Shown here: positions 19,763-32,843 of the stretch, piece after piece
How positions within the stretch are numbered: position 1 is the stretch's first letter
Layout: the number at the start of each line of letters is the position of its first letter
Origin: Macrostomum hystrix
Lineage: Eukaryota; Animalia; Platyhelminthes
Length of the DNA: 64,000 nt
Direction of reading: 5' to 3'
NCBI GenBank assembly: GCA_950097015.1
Contig: CATNEN010000015.1
Location: forward strand, 1,302,001-1,366,000
Position numbers and translations under genes: made by a program
The notes under the pieces: model-generated
The model's database searches: none
What the model was told of the DNA's origin: nothing
What the model saw: the letters and a program-made list of their open reading frames with translations, nothing else

Positions 19763-21639
19763 TGCATTGCACAGAGATTTAGTTTGAAAGCTTTCTGTTT
19801 TGAGTTATGAGGTTGCAGTTTGTGCAGAGTGTGAGGCAGTCGGGACAATCCGTGTCTGAGCTACTGTTAAATACTCTCTGCTAGGCATGGGGTGATCGCT
19901 GCAGCTAGTGATGCGTTCGCAAGGACTTGGCGGATTGGTTTGTTTTCTAACCCGTGACAAAGTTCCATTAAGTGCTCGAGTACTTTCTTCAGTCCTTGTG
20001 ATTGCATATTGGTAGGCATGGCCAGAATTTAGTAAAAAATCATTAACCTTCAGCCCCACAAGGTAGCAAAGCAAAGGCAAAGCAAATAGAAGGTGAAAGA
20101 GAAAGCGAAAGCGCGAGCAGCGAGGAGGGGAAGGCGATCCGAACTCCGAAAAGAGGAGGGAGAAAGGGAAATAAGAGAGGTCGAAAAAGGCACAGAAGGC
20201 ACAGAAAGGCAGAGTCAGCTAGACCGCCAGTCGCCGAGGCAGCGGATGCCGTCCCCGGAGAGGCCGCTCTGGATGGCAGCGCTGGCTTCTCCTCTGCGCA
20301 GAATGTGCGTACAATGAACCGTTTATTGTAAGCGCTTTATATTAGGTAATATAGAGGCAAATATTGTTATATTTATTATCACTATTCTTGATTTATTAAA
20401 AAAAACTTTTTTTCGAGTGCAGCAGCGTTTTTCGATACAAAACTAAGAAATGTATTTTCGATCATATAGCTGCCAGCGTTACTAAATTTAGAAATCAAAG
20501 AAATTATTTTGAGCAATAGGTCTTAGCGTCGTTCATGTTAAATTTCAACGTTTTTTCAAACATTGTCGCAAGCATTATTCAATTGGATTCAAAACTAAAT
20601 GATTTTCATCATTTAGTAAACTAAATAACATTTCATATTCATTTAGAAAACTAAATGATGATAATGCACTTTCTGTTTTCACCAGAAAGTGCCGATTCAT
20701 CTAAGGATTAGACTGATCAATTTTCATTATTCAATGTTCGTTATTCGATGCGAAATGAGATAAAATGAGATATGAGATATTATGATATATTGCCACGGTA
20801 GCATTGGAAAACACCTGTAAAATCATGCTACTGCATTGAAAAAATCACAACTTGTAGCATGATTAATGAAAAGCGTAGCATAAAATTATTTACGGGCTAA
20901 GTTTTCGAGGAAACAGCTAGCTATTATCAGTAAGAGAAGTATATTTATCGAGGGTTATGTATCATTATTGGTAAGTACCTGCTTTCCATTTCATTTTTGA
21001 TAAGCTCTTTTTGAGTAAGAGTGTTAATACAGTAAGAAAAACTGTTTTTCAAGTGTCTCAGCAAGCGTTGTTCAGTATAAAACAAAGGAAAGATTATTCG
21101 AGCATAGCTGCAAGAGTAATCCAGATTTAGAACTATGAGATAATGTTTGAAGCATAGCTATAAGCGTTATTCTTTTTAAATTGTTAAGTTTTCAGCACGG
21201 CTGTTATCACTATTCTTCGAGTAATTAACGCTAGAGAAAACTTTTTGTTGATTGCTTCAATCATTACTATATTCAAAAGTAAAAAAATTGAGAATGACTA
21301 ACGGCCTTATTTTTTTCTTCAAATTTTCATGTTTCTTTCAAATATAGCTCTAGCACTATTCGAATTGACGCTAATGAAAAGTTTTTCTAGCATTTCGGCA
21401 ATCGTTATTATGTAAAAAAAATAAATAGTTTCAAGGGTACCAAACAGCCGTATTATTTTTAATTAAGCGTTTTTTGAGCATAGCAGCTAGCATTATTTGC
21501 TCGATATTTTGAGAGCAGAAGATTCAACAAAAAAATCATGAAAGTAGATAATATAGCTCAAAAAAGTTATATCAATGGATAGCATCTGCTATAGGTGAAT
21601 GGCATAAGGTTTATAAAGAAAAGCATTATACTTCCAGGA

Positions 21640-21760
21640 GAAAGCATGAGATTTTCAGGGAATAGCATGAGATTTTCAGGGAATAGCATGAGATTTTCAG
21701 GGAATAGCATGAGATTTTCAGGGAATAGCATGAGATTTTCAGGGAATAGCATGAGATTTG
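21640..21760. repeat. 21-bp tandem repeat (AGCATGAGATTTTCAGGGAAT)n, 5-6 copies, within a degenerate AGCATGA satellite field (about 21600-22800 and 25210-25590)
   Basis: Unit read directly; related degenerate units surround it. Confidence 0.85.
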
Positions 21761-23609
21761 CGGGGAAAGGTATTAAGTTAATGACATAATATTTATGTAG
21801 AAAATAATTTGATTTCCAGGAAACAGCATGAGATACCCGGGTGTAGTATGAGATTTTCAGGGGATAACATGATATTTCCGGTGCATAGCATTAGGATTCA
21901 ATGTGGGAGCATGAATTATCAAGAAGGAGATATCATGTATCCATGTAAAAGCATGAATTATCCAGGGAAGCATGAAATAACGAGGGAAAAGTATGAATTA
22001 TCGACGGAAAAGCATGACTTTTCAAAGTGACAGCATGGATTATCAATGGAGTAGCACAAATTATCGATGGAGAAGCATGAATAATCAATGGGGTTGCATA
22101 ATTTTTCAAGGGAAAAGCATGCATTTTCATGTGGGAAGCATCAATTATCGAGGGGGTAATATTAATTATTGATTGGTATAATAAATAATTGAGGTTAGGT
22201 ATAAATTATCGAGATGAAAACATGAATTAACGGAAGGAAAACTATGAATTATACAGGGGAAGCATGATTTAGCGAGGGCAAAGCATGACTTATCGATAGG
22301 AAGCATGAATTATCAACAAAATTGTATGATTTGTAGAGAGGGTAGAATAAATATGGAGGTTGGTAGCATTTATTAATGAGGGGAAGTATGAATTAACATT
22401 TGAATTATCAACGGGGTAGCCTGAATTATCGTAGGTAAAGCATATATAAAGTTGGTAGCATAAATTTTTGAGCGGATAGCAAGATTTGTCCAGGGATAGC
22501 ATGATATAACAAAGTGGTAGCATGAATTATTGAGGAGAAAGCATACCGGTAGATTATCAAAGAGAAAGCATGAAATATCGACGATGTGTCATGCATTTTT
22601 GAAGAAAAACCATTATTATCAATTGGGTAGCTTGAATTATCTAGGGAAAAGCGTTAAATATCGAGGAGCTAGCATGAATTTTTAGGGGAAGCTGAATTAT
22701 CGAGGGGAGTCATGCATTTTTTAGGGGAAAGCATGAATTATTAATGAAAAATTATGAATTATGGAGGTGGAAACATAATTTATCAAGGGCGTGGAATGAT
22801 TTATTCACTGGCTTGCACAAATTGGTTTATTGAGGGGCAGCATTATATATTGAGTAATGTTCTATCATCAACAGTTAAAAACTTAAGTACTGTTCGTGTA
22901 AGCTTTTATTTTTGGATTTTCGGCTTTTTGGGTACAGCTAACTATTAATAGTAAGAGCTATTGATTAGCTACTGTCAAAGCAAATATTTTTGTTTAATTG
23001 CTCTTCTCGCTCTGAGAAAATAATAATCTTTTTTAGCGCAGCAGCAAGTTTTTTTGATACAAAATTTTCGAGCATTTCTGTCAGCGTTTTTAGATTCGGA
23101 AATATAAGAAAGGACTTTGAGCAAAGCTATTAGCGTAGATCATTTTAAATTTTAACCCCTTTTCAAGCATTCTTACAAGCAGTATTCAATAGGATTAAAA
23201 ACTATTAAAGATAAAATGTTATACTCGTATTCCAAACTAACAACAATTTTCCAGCATATCTGCAAGCGTAATCAGATTCAGAACTAGAAAACATATGTTG
23301 AGCATAGCTAAAAGCGATATTATTTTTTATACATTTTTCGATCATTTCGAGCGGTATCGATTCAAAAGCTAATGAGGACTGTTTGAACATATGTAGCTGT
23401 TTAGCATTCTTTTATTTTCAAATCTAAAGAAAATTGTTTCGAGCATTGCTGTAATCTTTATTAGAAAACTAGGAGACAATGTTTTAATCCTAGTTAATAG
23501 CACTAATCTAAAAAACTTTGCGTTTTTTCGTGCAGGGAAGCATTTATTGTTGTTTTGTGATGAATTTTATGAATTATGGTTGTGAAAACATGACTTATTG
23601 AGAGTGTAG

Positions 23610-24006
23610 TGTATGGGGTTTGATTCCCAAAAAGGGTAGGAGCGAGGCGGTGGATTTCTCTTTTGTTGATTATCAATGAGAGCGTGAGCTCGAAGTGTTG
23701 AAGAAAATGACGTCGATTGTGGCTCTATATTTATAGATTAAAACATGCATTTCCGGAAAATTCTGGAAAAATGCAAGAGTTATAACAAAGCTGATGCAAT
23801 ATAGTTTAAGTATCTTTAATATTGTAGCGCGAGATGATGTTATTTACATGTATGATATTTGATTATAGTTATTATGTGCTTTACAGATCATTTGTTCTTA
23901 GAGTGAAAGTTTCTAGAAAAATATCGAAAAGTCAATTTGTAGTTTTACGGCGAAATTTCTGGAATGGCAAGTACGGTACGATGGAAGGTCACGATGAGAC
24001 GCTACA
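23610..24006. mobile_element. Solo LTR (397 bp) with 4-bp TSD GTAG
   Basis: Termini TGTA...TACA, TSD at 23606-23609 and 24007-24010. Confidence 0.75.
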
Positions 24007-24055
24007 GTAGCATGAATTATCAGGAGGGTTGTCTAAATTATCGAGGGGAAGCATG

Positions 24056-25212
24056 TGTGATATTTTGACTTAGGTCTCTCTTTACGTTGAGATTCCTAAA
24101 TGAGGTCGGGTGTCCTACTCTTTGTGAGAGATTCCCTTTTCGCAACTCGAAAATAACGAAGACAAGACGATTCAAATCCCAAGCTAAACAGCTGATATTT
24201 AAGTGTTAATCAGTAAATAAGAGAAAGCTATGATCACTGATCAACTCCCCTGGCAGCGCTCTTTTCGTCCCCTGCCAGGTACTGTACTTAATTCAATCCA
24301 ATTCACAATTCGCACTAACAAAATCTCGATAACCGCAACACAAAACACGAACTCTACTCGATAATACGACACGATAAATAACACAAATAAATCCTAGACA
24401 AACAGATAGTCCCTATAACAAACAAGACAAATAACGCGAAACCTAACCAAAATCCCTAACATAAAACCGAGGCGACCAGCAAGCACTTCTGCACTATGGC
24501 ACAACGATAGTTCTATCGTGCCACACCTAATGTCTGTTCGACGGCGTCCCACCGATGATTGTCGGCGATATGGAGAGTGCTTCCGTGCTTGCCAATCCCT
24601 ATCTAACACTCCGTCAGCAGTTGGCCAGACGTACCGAGCTCAGCGCAAGCTACTTACTGACGTGGGGTTGAGTGTGGGGGTTTTCTTTGACTAACTAGTT
24701 GGACCGGTTTACCTGTCCCGGTATCTATTTACTAGGATGCGTAACACGAATGAGAACAATATCAAGATCAAGAGCAAGAGCAAGGTCGAACGCGAGACCA
24801 GAATCACATGAGAACAATATTTCAGCGCAATAGTCAGTTTTATAGTCAAGCGCCCGCCCCAGCCCTCATCAAAGCCTGGGTGCCGGCCGCGCCGCTTGTT
24901 CTTCTGCCAGGTCGACCCTGCCGGATAACGAACCGGCTGCTGATTGGCCCGGCTCGGGGTGTCGCACTTAAGTCGGTTCACTTCAATCGGCTAGCCGTCC
25001 TCCCATTGGTTGGGCCCACCAGACCAGGGCTAGTCTGATGCCTTGGCTGTAGAGCAGGGGTGACCGGCCGGTCGCGTGTTAGGCCTGGCTGGGGTGCGCA
25101 TGTACAAACAACTAACCTATAAGATACATTAAAATAATTCATAATATTGACGTGCGCGAATAAGTTACTACAAGTAGAAATATACGCATTATAAAAACAT
25201 GCCGACACTACA
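24056..25212. mobile_element. Solo LTR-like insertion (1157 bp) with 4-bp TSD CATG
   Basis: Termini TGT...ACA interrupt the satellite unit GAAGCATG|AATT; TSD at 24052-24055 and 25213-25216. Confidence 0.75.
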
Positions 25213-25984
25213 CATGAATTGTCGAGGGTAGAATAAATTATTGAGGGGGTAGCTTGATTTATCAAGGGGGAATCATGAATTGCCGAGAGGAAGCATGAAT
25301 TATCTGTGGATATAGCATTTATTAACGAGGGGGGAGCATTAATCAATGAGGGGAGCATGAATTACCGAGGGGAAAGTATGAGTTGAGGGTTAGGGGGTTA
25401 GCATTCTCGATGGCGTAGAATAAATTATTGAGGGGATAGTTTGATTCATCAAGGGGGTAGCATGAATTATCTGGGGGTCGCATATATTTACGATGGGGAG
25501 CCTGACTTATCATGGGGAAAGCATAAATTGAGTGAGGGCTTTGTCAGGAGATAGCATGATGTATCAAAGGGGTAGTATGATTTTTCACGGAGATTTTAAG
25601 AAAAGATAATCATACTATTGAAGTTGCATATTTTAAGCTTTTCTTCTTCCTAAGGCTGTAAAGCGTGATTTGCTTTCCCCAATGGGGGTCTTGGTTGCTA
25701 GTCAATTATACTAAAAATGAAAAGTGTCTATATATATATATGCACACAACTATTTCTGTGTCGGCTTATCAATTGAAACAATGTAAAAAGTGGTCATGTC
25801 GTTGTTCTAGCGTACGCGTTGTCCGATTTTCGCAATTCTTTCACTAAAATATTCGCTTCTCTTAAGAATAAGTCCTCTTAGGAATAGAGCGCGACACTGT
25901 CAGTTTTATTAGATTGCATCGGTGCTTTTTCTCGCCCGCACGTGCGTTTGTAGCACAGAGGGCCGATTCTCTCAACGGAATATC

Positions 25985-26140
25985 TTTCTCTTTTCTTTTC
26001 TTTCTCTTTTCTTTTCTTTCTCTTTTCTTTCTCTTTTCTTTTCTTTCTCTTTTCTTTTCTTTCTCTTTTCTTTTCTTTTTCTTTTCTTTCTCTTTTCTTT
26101 TCTTTCTCTTTTCTTTTCTTTTTCTTTTCTTTCTCTTTTC
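25985..26140. repeat. Pyrimidine-rich (TTTTC/TTTCTC)n simple repeat
   Basis: Read directly. Confidence 0.95.
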
Positions 26141-27064
26141 TGTGCTAGCAGAACACAGAGGTCCCGATACCGCCAATTGAATAGGATTGCGTCACTGCTT
26201 TCAGCACACGTACGTGCGTTTACACATGGCGATAGTGATGTTGGTCTCACGGCTCATTGAGTGTTCTGATTTGAATAAGTAAAATGTGCATTAGCAGATT
26301 AGTCTTTTATGATGCGCAATGCTAACGAGATCTCTCCTTCTGCCTTAAGGAGAGATAAATCCATAAAACTGCAGCATTTATATTGTCAAACCCTGTCTCG
26401 ACTTTGATCATTGTGTTTCTTTCTTTTCATCTAGCTCCGAAGTACTTTTATTATTTTGCAGAATGCTGGTAAAATTTCAGCATCAGTTTTGTTACTGCTT
26501 CTTTTTCTTCTAATCTTCTATCACCAACAGTTAAAAGCAAGTTCCCGTTAATTTTTTTTTATCTGGCATTTTTGGGTTCGAGTATAAGTTGCAAGCGTTT
26601 TTTATTAACTATTTCAAAGCAAATATTTGTTTGCTTTATTATTACTCTTCTTGCTGTTAGAAAGGAATATACGCAGCAAGTGTTCTTCGATACTAAGGCC
26701 AAGGAAAGTTTTTTGAGAATACCTGAAAGCGTTCAGAAGTCAGATTCAGAAGTAGAAGAAAATATGTTTCGAGCAATGGTTCAAGCATTATCCGATTCAA
26801 CACTAAATGTAGACTGTTCGAGCACACGTGTAGCTTTTAGCGTTGTTTTTATCAAAACGAAAGGAAGAAAACTATTCAAGCATGGCTGTAATCGCTAATA
26901 GATTCAAAACTAGAAGAAAATATTTTAGTCGGAGCAAATGGCATTAAATCTTTTTAAATGAGGGTAAAATGTTTCATCCAGGTATTGTCCGAATTTAATT
27001 CAGGAGTTACGAGCGTATTGAGGGTGCAGCATGAATTACTATCAAGGGGTTTCATAAATTATCG

Positions 27065-29605
27065 ACGTAAAGCATGACTTATCGAGGGTGTAGCATGAAC
27101 TATTGACGGAAGCATGACTTATCGAGGGTGTAGCATGAAATATTGACGGAAGCATGACTTATCGAGGGTGTAGCATGAACTATTGACGGAAGCATGACTT
27201 ATCGAGGGTGTAGCATGAAATATTGACGGAAGCATGACTTATCGAGGGTGTAGCATGAACTATTGACGGAAGCATGACTTATCGAAGGTGTAGCATGAAC
27301 TATTGACGGAAGCATGACTTATCGAGGGTGTAGCATGAACTATTGACGGAAGCATGACTTATCGAAGGTGTAGCATGAACTATTGACGGAAGCATGACTT
27401 ATCGAGGGTGTAGCATGAAATATTGACGGAAGCATGAACTATCGAGGGTGTAGCATGAAATATTGACGGAAGCATGACTTATCGAGGGTGTAGCATGAAA
27501 TATTGACGGAAGCATGACTTATCGAAGGTGTAGCATGAAATATTGACGGAAGCATGACTTATCGAGGGTTTAGCATGAACTATTGACGGAAGCATGACTT
27601 ATCGAGGGTTTAGCATGAAATATTGACGGAAGCATGACTTATCGAAGGTGTAGCATGAACTATTGACGGAAGCATGACTTATCGAAGGTGTAGCATGAAC
27701 TATTGACGGAAGCATGACTTATCGAAGGTGTAGCATGAACTATTGACGGAAGCATGACTTATCGAAGGTGTAGCATGAACTATTGACGGAAGCATGACTT
27801 ATCGAGGGTGTAGCATGAAATATTGACGGAAGAGTGACTTATCGAGGGTGTAGCATGAACTATTGACGGAAGCATGACTTATCGAGGGTGTAGCATGAAA
27901 CATTGACGGAAGCATGACTTATCGAGGGTGTAGCATGAAACATTGACGGAAGCATGACTTATCGAGGGTGTAGCATGAAACATTGACGGAAGCATGACTT
28001 ATCGAGGGTGTAGCATGAAACATTGACGGAAGCATGACTTATCGAGGGTGTAGCATGAAACATTGACGGAAGCATGACTTATCGAGGGTGTAGCATGAAA
28101 TATTGACGGAAGCATGAACTATCGAGGGTGTAGCATGAAATATTGACGGAAGCATGACTCATCGAAGGTGTAGCATGAACTATTGACAGAAGCATGACTT
28201 ATCGAAGGTGTAGCATGAACTATTGACGGAAGCATGACTTATCGAAGGTGTAGCATGAACTATTGACGGAAGCATGACTTATCGAAGGTGTAGCATGAAC
28301 TATTGACGGAAGCATGACTTATCGAAGGTGTAGCATGAACTATTGACGGAAGCATGACTTATCGAGGGTGTAGCATGAAATATTGACGGAAGAGTGACTT
28401 ATCGAGGGTGTAGCATGAACTATTGACGGAAGCATGACTTATCGAGGGTGTAGCATGAAACATTGACGGAAGCATGACTTATCGAGGGTGTAGCATGAAA
28501 CATTGACGGAAGCATGACTTATCGAGGGTGTAGCATGAAACATTGACGGAAGCATGACTTATCGAGGGTGTAGCATGAAACATTGACGGAAGCATGACTT
28601 ATCGAGGGTGTAGCATGAAACATTGACGGAAGCATGACTTATCGAGGGTGTAGCATGAAACATTGACGGAAGCATGACTTATCGAAGGTGTAGCATGAAA
28701 CATTGACGGAAGCATGACTTATCGAGGGTGTAGCATGAACTATTGACGGAAGCATGACTTATCGAGGGTGTAGCATGAAACATTGACGGAAGCATGACTT
28801 ATCGAGGGTGTAGCATGAAACATTGACGGAAGCATGACTTATCGAGGGTGTAGCATGAACTATTGACGGAAGCATGACTTATCGAAGGTGTAGCATGAAC
28901 TATTGACGGAAGCATGACTTATCGAGGGTGTAGCATGAAACATTGACGGAAGCATGACTTATCGAGGGTGTAGCATGAAACATCGACGGAAGCATGACTT
29001 ATCGAGGGTGTAGCATGAAATATTGACGGAAGCATGACTTATCGGAGGTGTAGCATGAAACATTGACGGAAGCATGACTTATCGAAGGTGTAGCATGAAC
29101 TATTGACGGAAGCATGACTTATCGAAGGTGTAGCATGAACTATTGACGGAAGCATGACTTATCGAGGGTGTAGCATGAAATATTGACGGAAGCATGAACT
29201 ATTGAGGGTGTAGCATGAAATATTGACGGAAGCATGACTCATCGAAGGTGTAGCATGAACTATTGACAGAAGCATGACTCATCGAAGGTGTAGCATGAAA
29301 TATTGACGGAAGCATGACTTATCGAGGGTGTAGCATGAAATATTGACGGAAGCATGACTTATCGAAGGTGTAGCATGAACTATTGACGGAAGCATGACTT
29401 ATCGAAGGTGTAGCATGAACTATTGACGGAAGCATGACTTATCGAGGGTGTAGCATGAAATATTGACGGAAGCATGAACTATCGAGGGTGTAGCATGAAC
29501 TATTGACGGAAGCAAGAACTATCGAGGGTTTAGCATGAAACATTGACGGAAGCATGAACTATCGAGAGGGTAGCATGAAATATTGACGGAAGCATGAACT
29601 ATCGA
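27065..29605. repeat. 40-bp satellite array (AGCATGACTTATCGAGGGTGTAGCATGAAATATTGACGGA)n, about 63 copies
   Basis: Exact 40-bp period; the unit is a dimer of 21-bp and 19-bp subunits that both begin AGCATGA. Confidence 0.97.
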
Positions 29606-29949
29606 GAGGGCAGCATGTGTTTTCAATGGGGTTGCATAATTAATTTCGGGTGTAGCATAAATTATTGACCGGAAGGATAAATTTTTCGAGTGAACTTCAA
29701 TAAAGTGTATTATTCCGGGAGCTTCGGTAAATATTGAGAGTAGCATGATTGACTGGGGGTAGCATATCAATGGGGGGCAGGCTTTCTTCAGAAGGTGGCA
29801 TGCCTTGTCGAGGGGGTTTATGTTTTATCCAATGATGGCAGGATATCAAAGAGGTAGCATGTTAATTTCAAGGAGATATCAAGACAATATAAGTAGGGCA
29901 TTAGAGTTGAATCATCTTAATGATTTTTATTCTCAGGTCTTTAATGTGT

Positions 29950-30609
29950 TGTGACGATTAAATGACGAAGACAGAGTCCGTGGCGGCGGCAATTAAGTTC
30001 ACTTCAGTCTGGAGTCAGTTCAATTATGTGGTGTAGCGGTAGCACTTTATTAACGTGGTGCACTGGGACGCACGACAGGCAGGGCGAAGAAAGTAAGGTG
30101 CAGGAGCTCAATAATAGTAATAGCAATGACAGCACGGCGAGGCGAAGTGGACAACGAGAAGATAAGGCGAGATAACAAGAACTAGAACCGGACAGGACAG
30201 GACAAGCACGAGAACCAGAACGAGAACCAGAACAGACTCAGAACCAGAACCAGAACCAGTGGGGCGCGAGCGGGCCTAAAGCCCTTAATTAAATAAGCTT
30301 AGTAAACTGCAGAACAGGGCGATCGATAACTCTAGAAACTGGCCTTAGCCAATGAGCGTGTAAGTACACTGGTCCGGGCAGACGACAATTTAAACATTAG
30401 CAAAACCAAGCTGTGGCGGCGCGATGTGCACTAACGCCTACTAACAGTAACACTCTAAGAATTACAGCTTAACCATACGAACTGAGAAATGGATGAAAAC
30501 CAGATGACATCAGTAAAACGGCCCTAGTTAGTACACACGTAAATTAGCTATGTAAATTAACACGTAAAGTAAATTGCTAGGGGCGCTCTCAACAAGTGAC
30601 AACGTCACA
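29950..30609. mobile_element. Solo LTR (660 bp) with 4-bp TSD GTGT
   Basis: Terminal inverted TGTGACG...CGTCACA, TSD at 29946-29949 and 30610-30613. Confidence 0.85.
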
Positions 30610-31282
30610 GTGTGTTCTTCTTCCTCAAAAGGGAGTTTTGGTTACTAGAAAAAAGTACTTAAAAAATTTTTTTTAAGTAAAACTGATCATCTTTAACACG
30701 TATTGTTTATAAATATCACTTAATTTTCATTTAAAAGTAGTAGAAACACTTTGCTACTAAACTTTTATGAGGCATACTTCATTGGATAGATGATTTGTAA
30801 ACACTAGCGCTTTATGCATTGGTCTGTTTATTAATACTTAAAATATACTTAAGTGGGAACATATTATGATGTCAAAAATGGGGAAGTACGACTTAAATAG
30901 AGAACATTAATAAACACAAAAAATCTTAATGGAGGGTCTGCACATAAAGTTTAAACTGAAACTGGGAAATAAAAGACATTTTGATCATGAAAAAGGAACA
31001 GGAGATCAGTAGCACACTGATCTACTACTGAGATCAGTAGTACTATTGATTTACTAATTGGGATTTAATTAGTAAATATTAAAATTAAAAGGACAAGTGG
31101 CATTGTTGCTTCCAATTGAAGAATTCTTTCTACGAAGCCCGGAATCTTCCTGATATTTCCGAGCATGCCTGATAAGACAGGCAAATATATTGTTATAGAA
31201 CAGCGCAAATTTAGTTGTCTCTGGCAGCAGCGGAGAAGTTTAATTTTATGCAGTCCTTGACCGATTTCTCAGCTGCTGCTGA

Positions 31283-31626
31283 TCACAGCTCCAGCAGAAG
31301 CCGCACTGAGCGGAGAGTCAGCAACTGGTAGTCTGTCCACCATGACATGTAGCTCGATTTTGGTGTCTCTCTTGAGGGAACGAGTCCGTTTGGATTGAAA
31401 TGGACCACCACCCACCTGTCTTCAAATCATTCGAGCACGATATGTTGCTGTGTATGTCATTGTCGCTGTCCATAGTGGAGAAGCGCGCTCCGTTGTGGTA
31501 CTCCATAGCATCGAATCCGACAGTGGACCTGTCCCTCAGCATCTCTCGGTACGTCATCTCATATTTGGTGCTGGCGTTTCCCACCTGGAATCCAGCATAC
31601 TCAGCATGCAGCTCAGTCCCATTCTA
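31283..31626 (-). pseudogene. FReD gene copy C, truncated last-exon fragment with frameshift
   Basis: YAGFQVGNASTKYEMTY...FSTMDSDND. A deletion after GGWW shifts the frame; the 5' part of the exon is replaced by unrelated sequence at 31627. Confidence 0.85.
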
Positions 31627-31816
31627 GAGTAAAAAATAATTAAATATATATAATAAATTATTAAATACAAATATAGAAAATTTATTACACCTGCCCCAAT
31701 CAGGCCCGATGTTCAGCCGACAGCACAGCCACAGCTTTCGCGTGGCGCACCTGAAGGCTGCGTACAGCTGTTCAGTCCATGGACTGGAGCCTGGGGGGAC
31801 GCCCCACCCACCTGGA

Positions 31817-32720
31817 GTTGAAAGCTCCAGAAAAATATTTTTCGCTGCGACTCTAACCCTGGCCTGTGCGCTCTCAGCAACTGTTGCCAGGCAGTTCCAG
31901 CTCACGAGTGTCGGCTGCTTCATCGACCTGACGACTGGCGGAAGAGACGTCAACGAGCTGAAAGACTTCGGCTTCACCCGGTTTGGCCAAGCCAGCCTGC
32001 AGCAGGGAACATTCGAGAACTTCCAGTCCAATGTGTCTGTGCGCAGTTCCACAATGACCCACGACCTCTGCGGAAGCGTGTGCACTCTGGGCGGCTTCCA
32101 GTACATTGCGCTGCAGTCCTGGTAGTGGTGCTATTGTGGCAACGTCTATGGCCGGCAGGGCAGCGCTGCCAGCACTGACTGTAATACGGCATGCTCAGGC
32201 AATGCAACCCAGAACTGCGGAGCTAACTACAGAAACTTCGTGCTCAAGCTGAACTACATCTGCAGTGACTGTGAGCTGCTTCTTTACTGCAAATTTGTAC
32301 TTTTTAACAAACAAAGCCGGAAGTCTGTTGCGATTATGGTTTCAGCAAGCTGAGGCGAACATCTGTCTGTTTCGAAATATACTATCGTTAGCTTTGCTTT
32401 TACGTACCTTTACATGATTTGAGTTCACAAACAAATGGTGCTCTATTTTACTGTGCCTGAGTCAATGTCTGAGTCTCCCCCATTCAATCACAGGCTTTGT
32501 CCTCGGCAACCGCACCCTGGTCGGCATCAGCAAGCCGAATGCGCCGGCCTTGTGGAGTCTCAAAGCTCGTGGACCTATCGAGTGCCTCATCCTGTGCGGT
32601 GTCGGCTGCGAGGCGGTGGTCTTCAACCATGAGCAGGGCCTCTGCCACCTGCTGGAGTTCGCTGTGGTGTCAGCTGCTCTCGACAGCGCCGGCAGCGGCG
32701 AGTTCTTCGTCCGTGGCTGA
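31817..32720 (+). pseudogene. WSC+PAN gene copy 2, pseudogene (exons about 31817-32270 and 32494-32720)
   Basis: Near-identical to 38224-39933, but ATGCCC is replaced by foreign sequence and GAG (E) is TAG at 32123-32125. Confidence 0.85.
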
Positions 32721-32843
32721 GCCTGAGACAAGCTTTTGAATGCGGTGCAGACGCTGGAGCACAAACATTGTGCACCAGCGATTATCGGAACCACGAACAA
32801 AACCGCGTGTGGTGTCCTTTATTAACTAATTAATACGGCTATT

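Noticed and set aside
25862-26260. Lys/Arg-rich and Phe/Ser-rich ORFs
   Set aside because: They are translations of the (TTTTC)n simple repeat.
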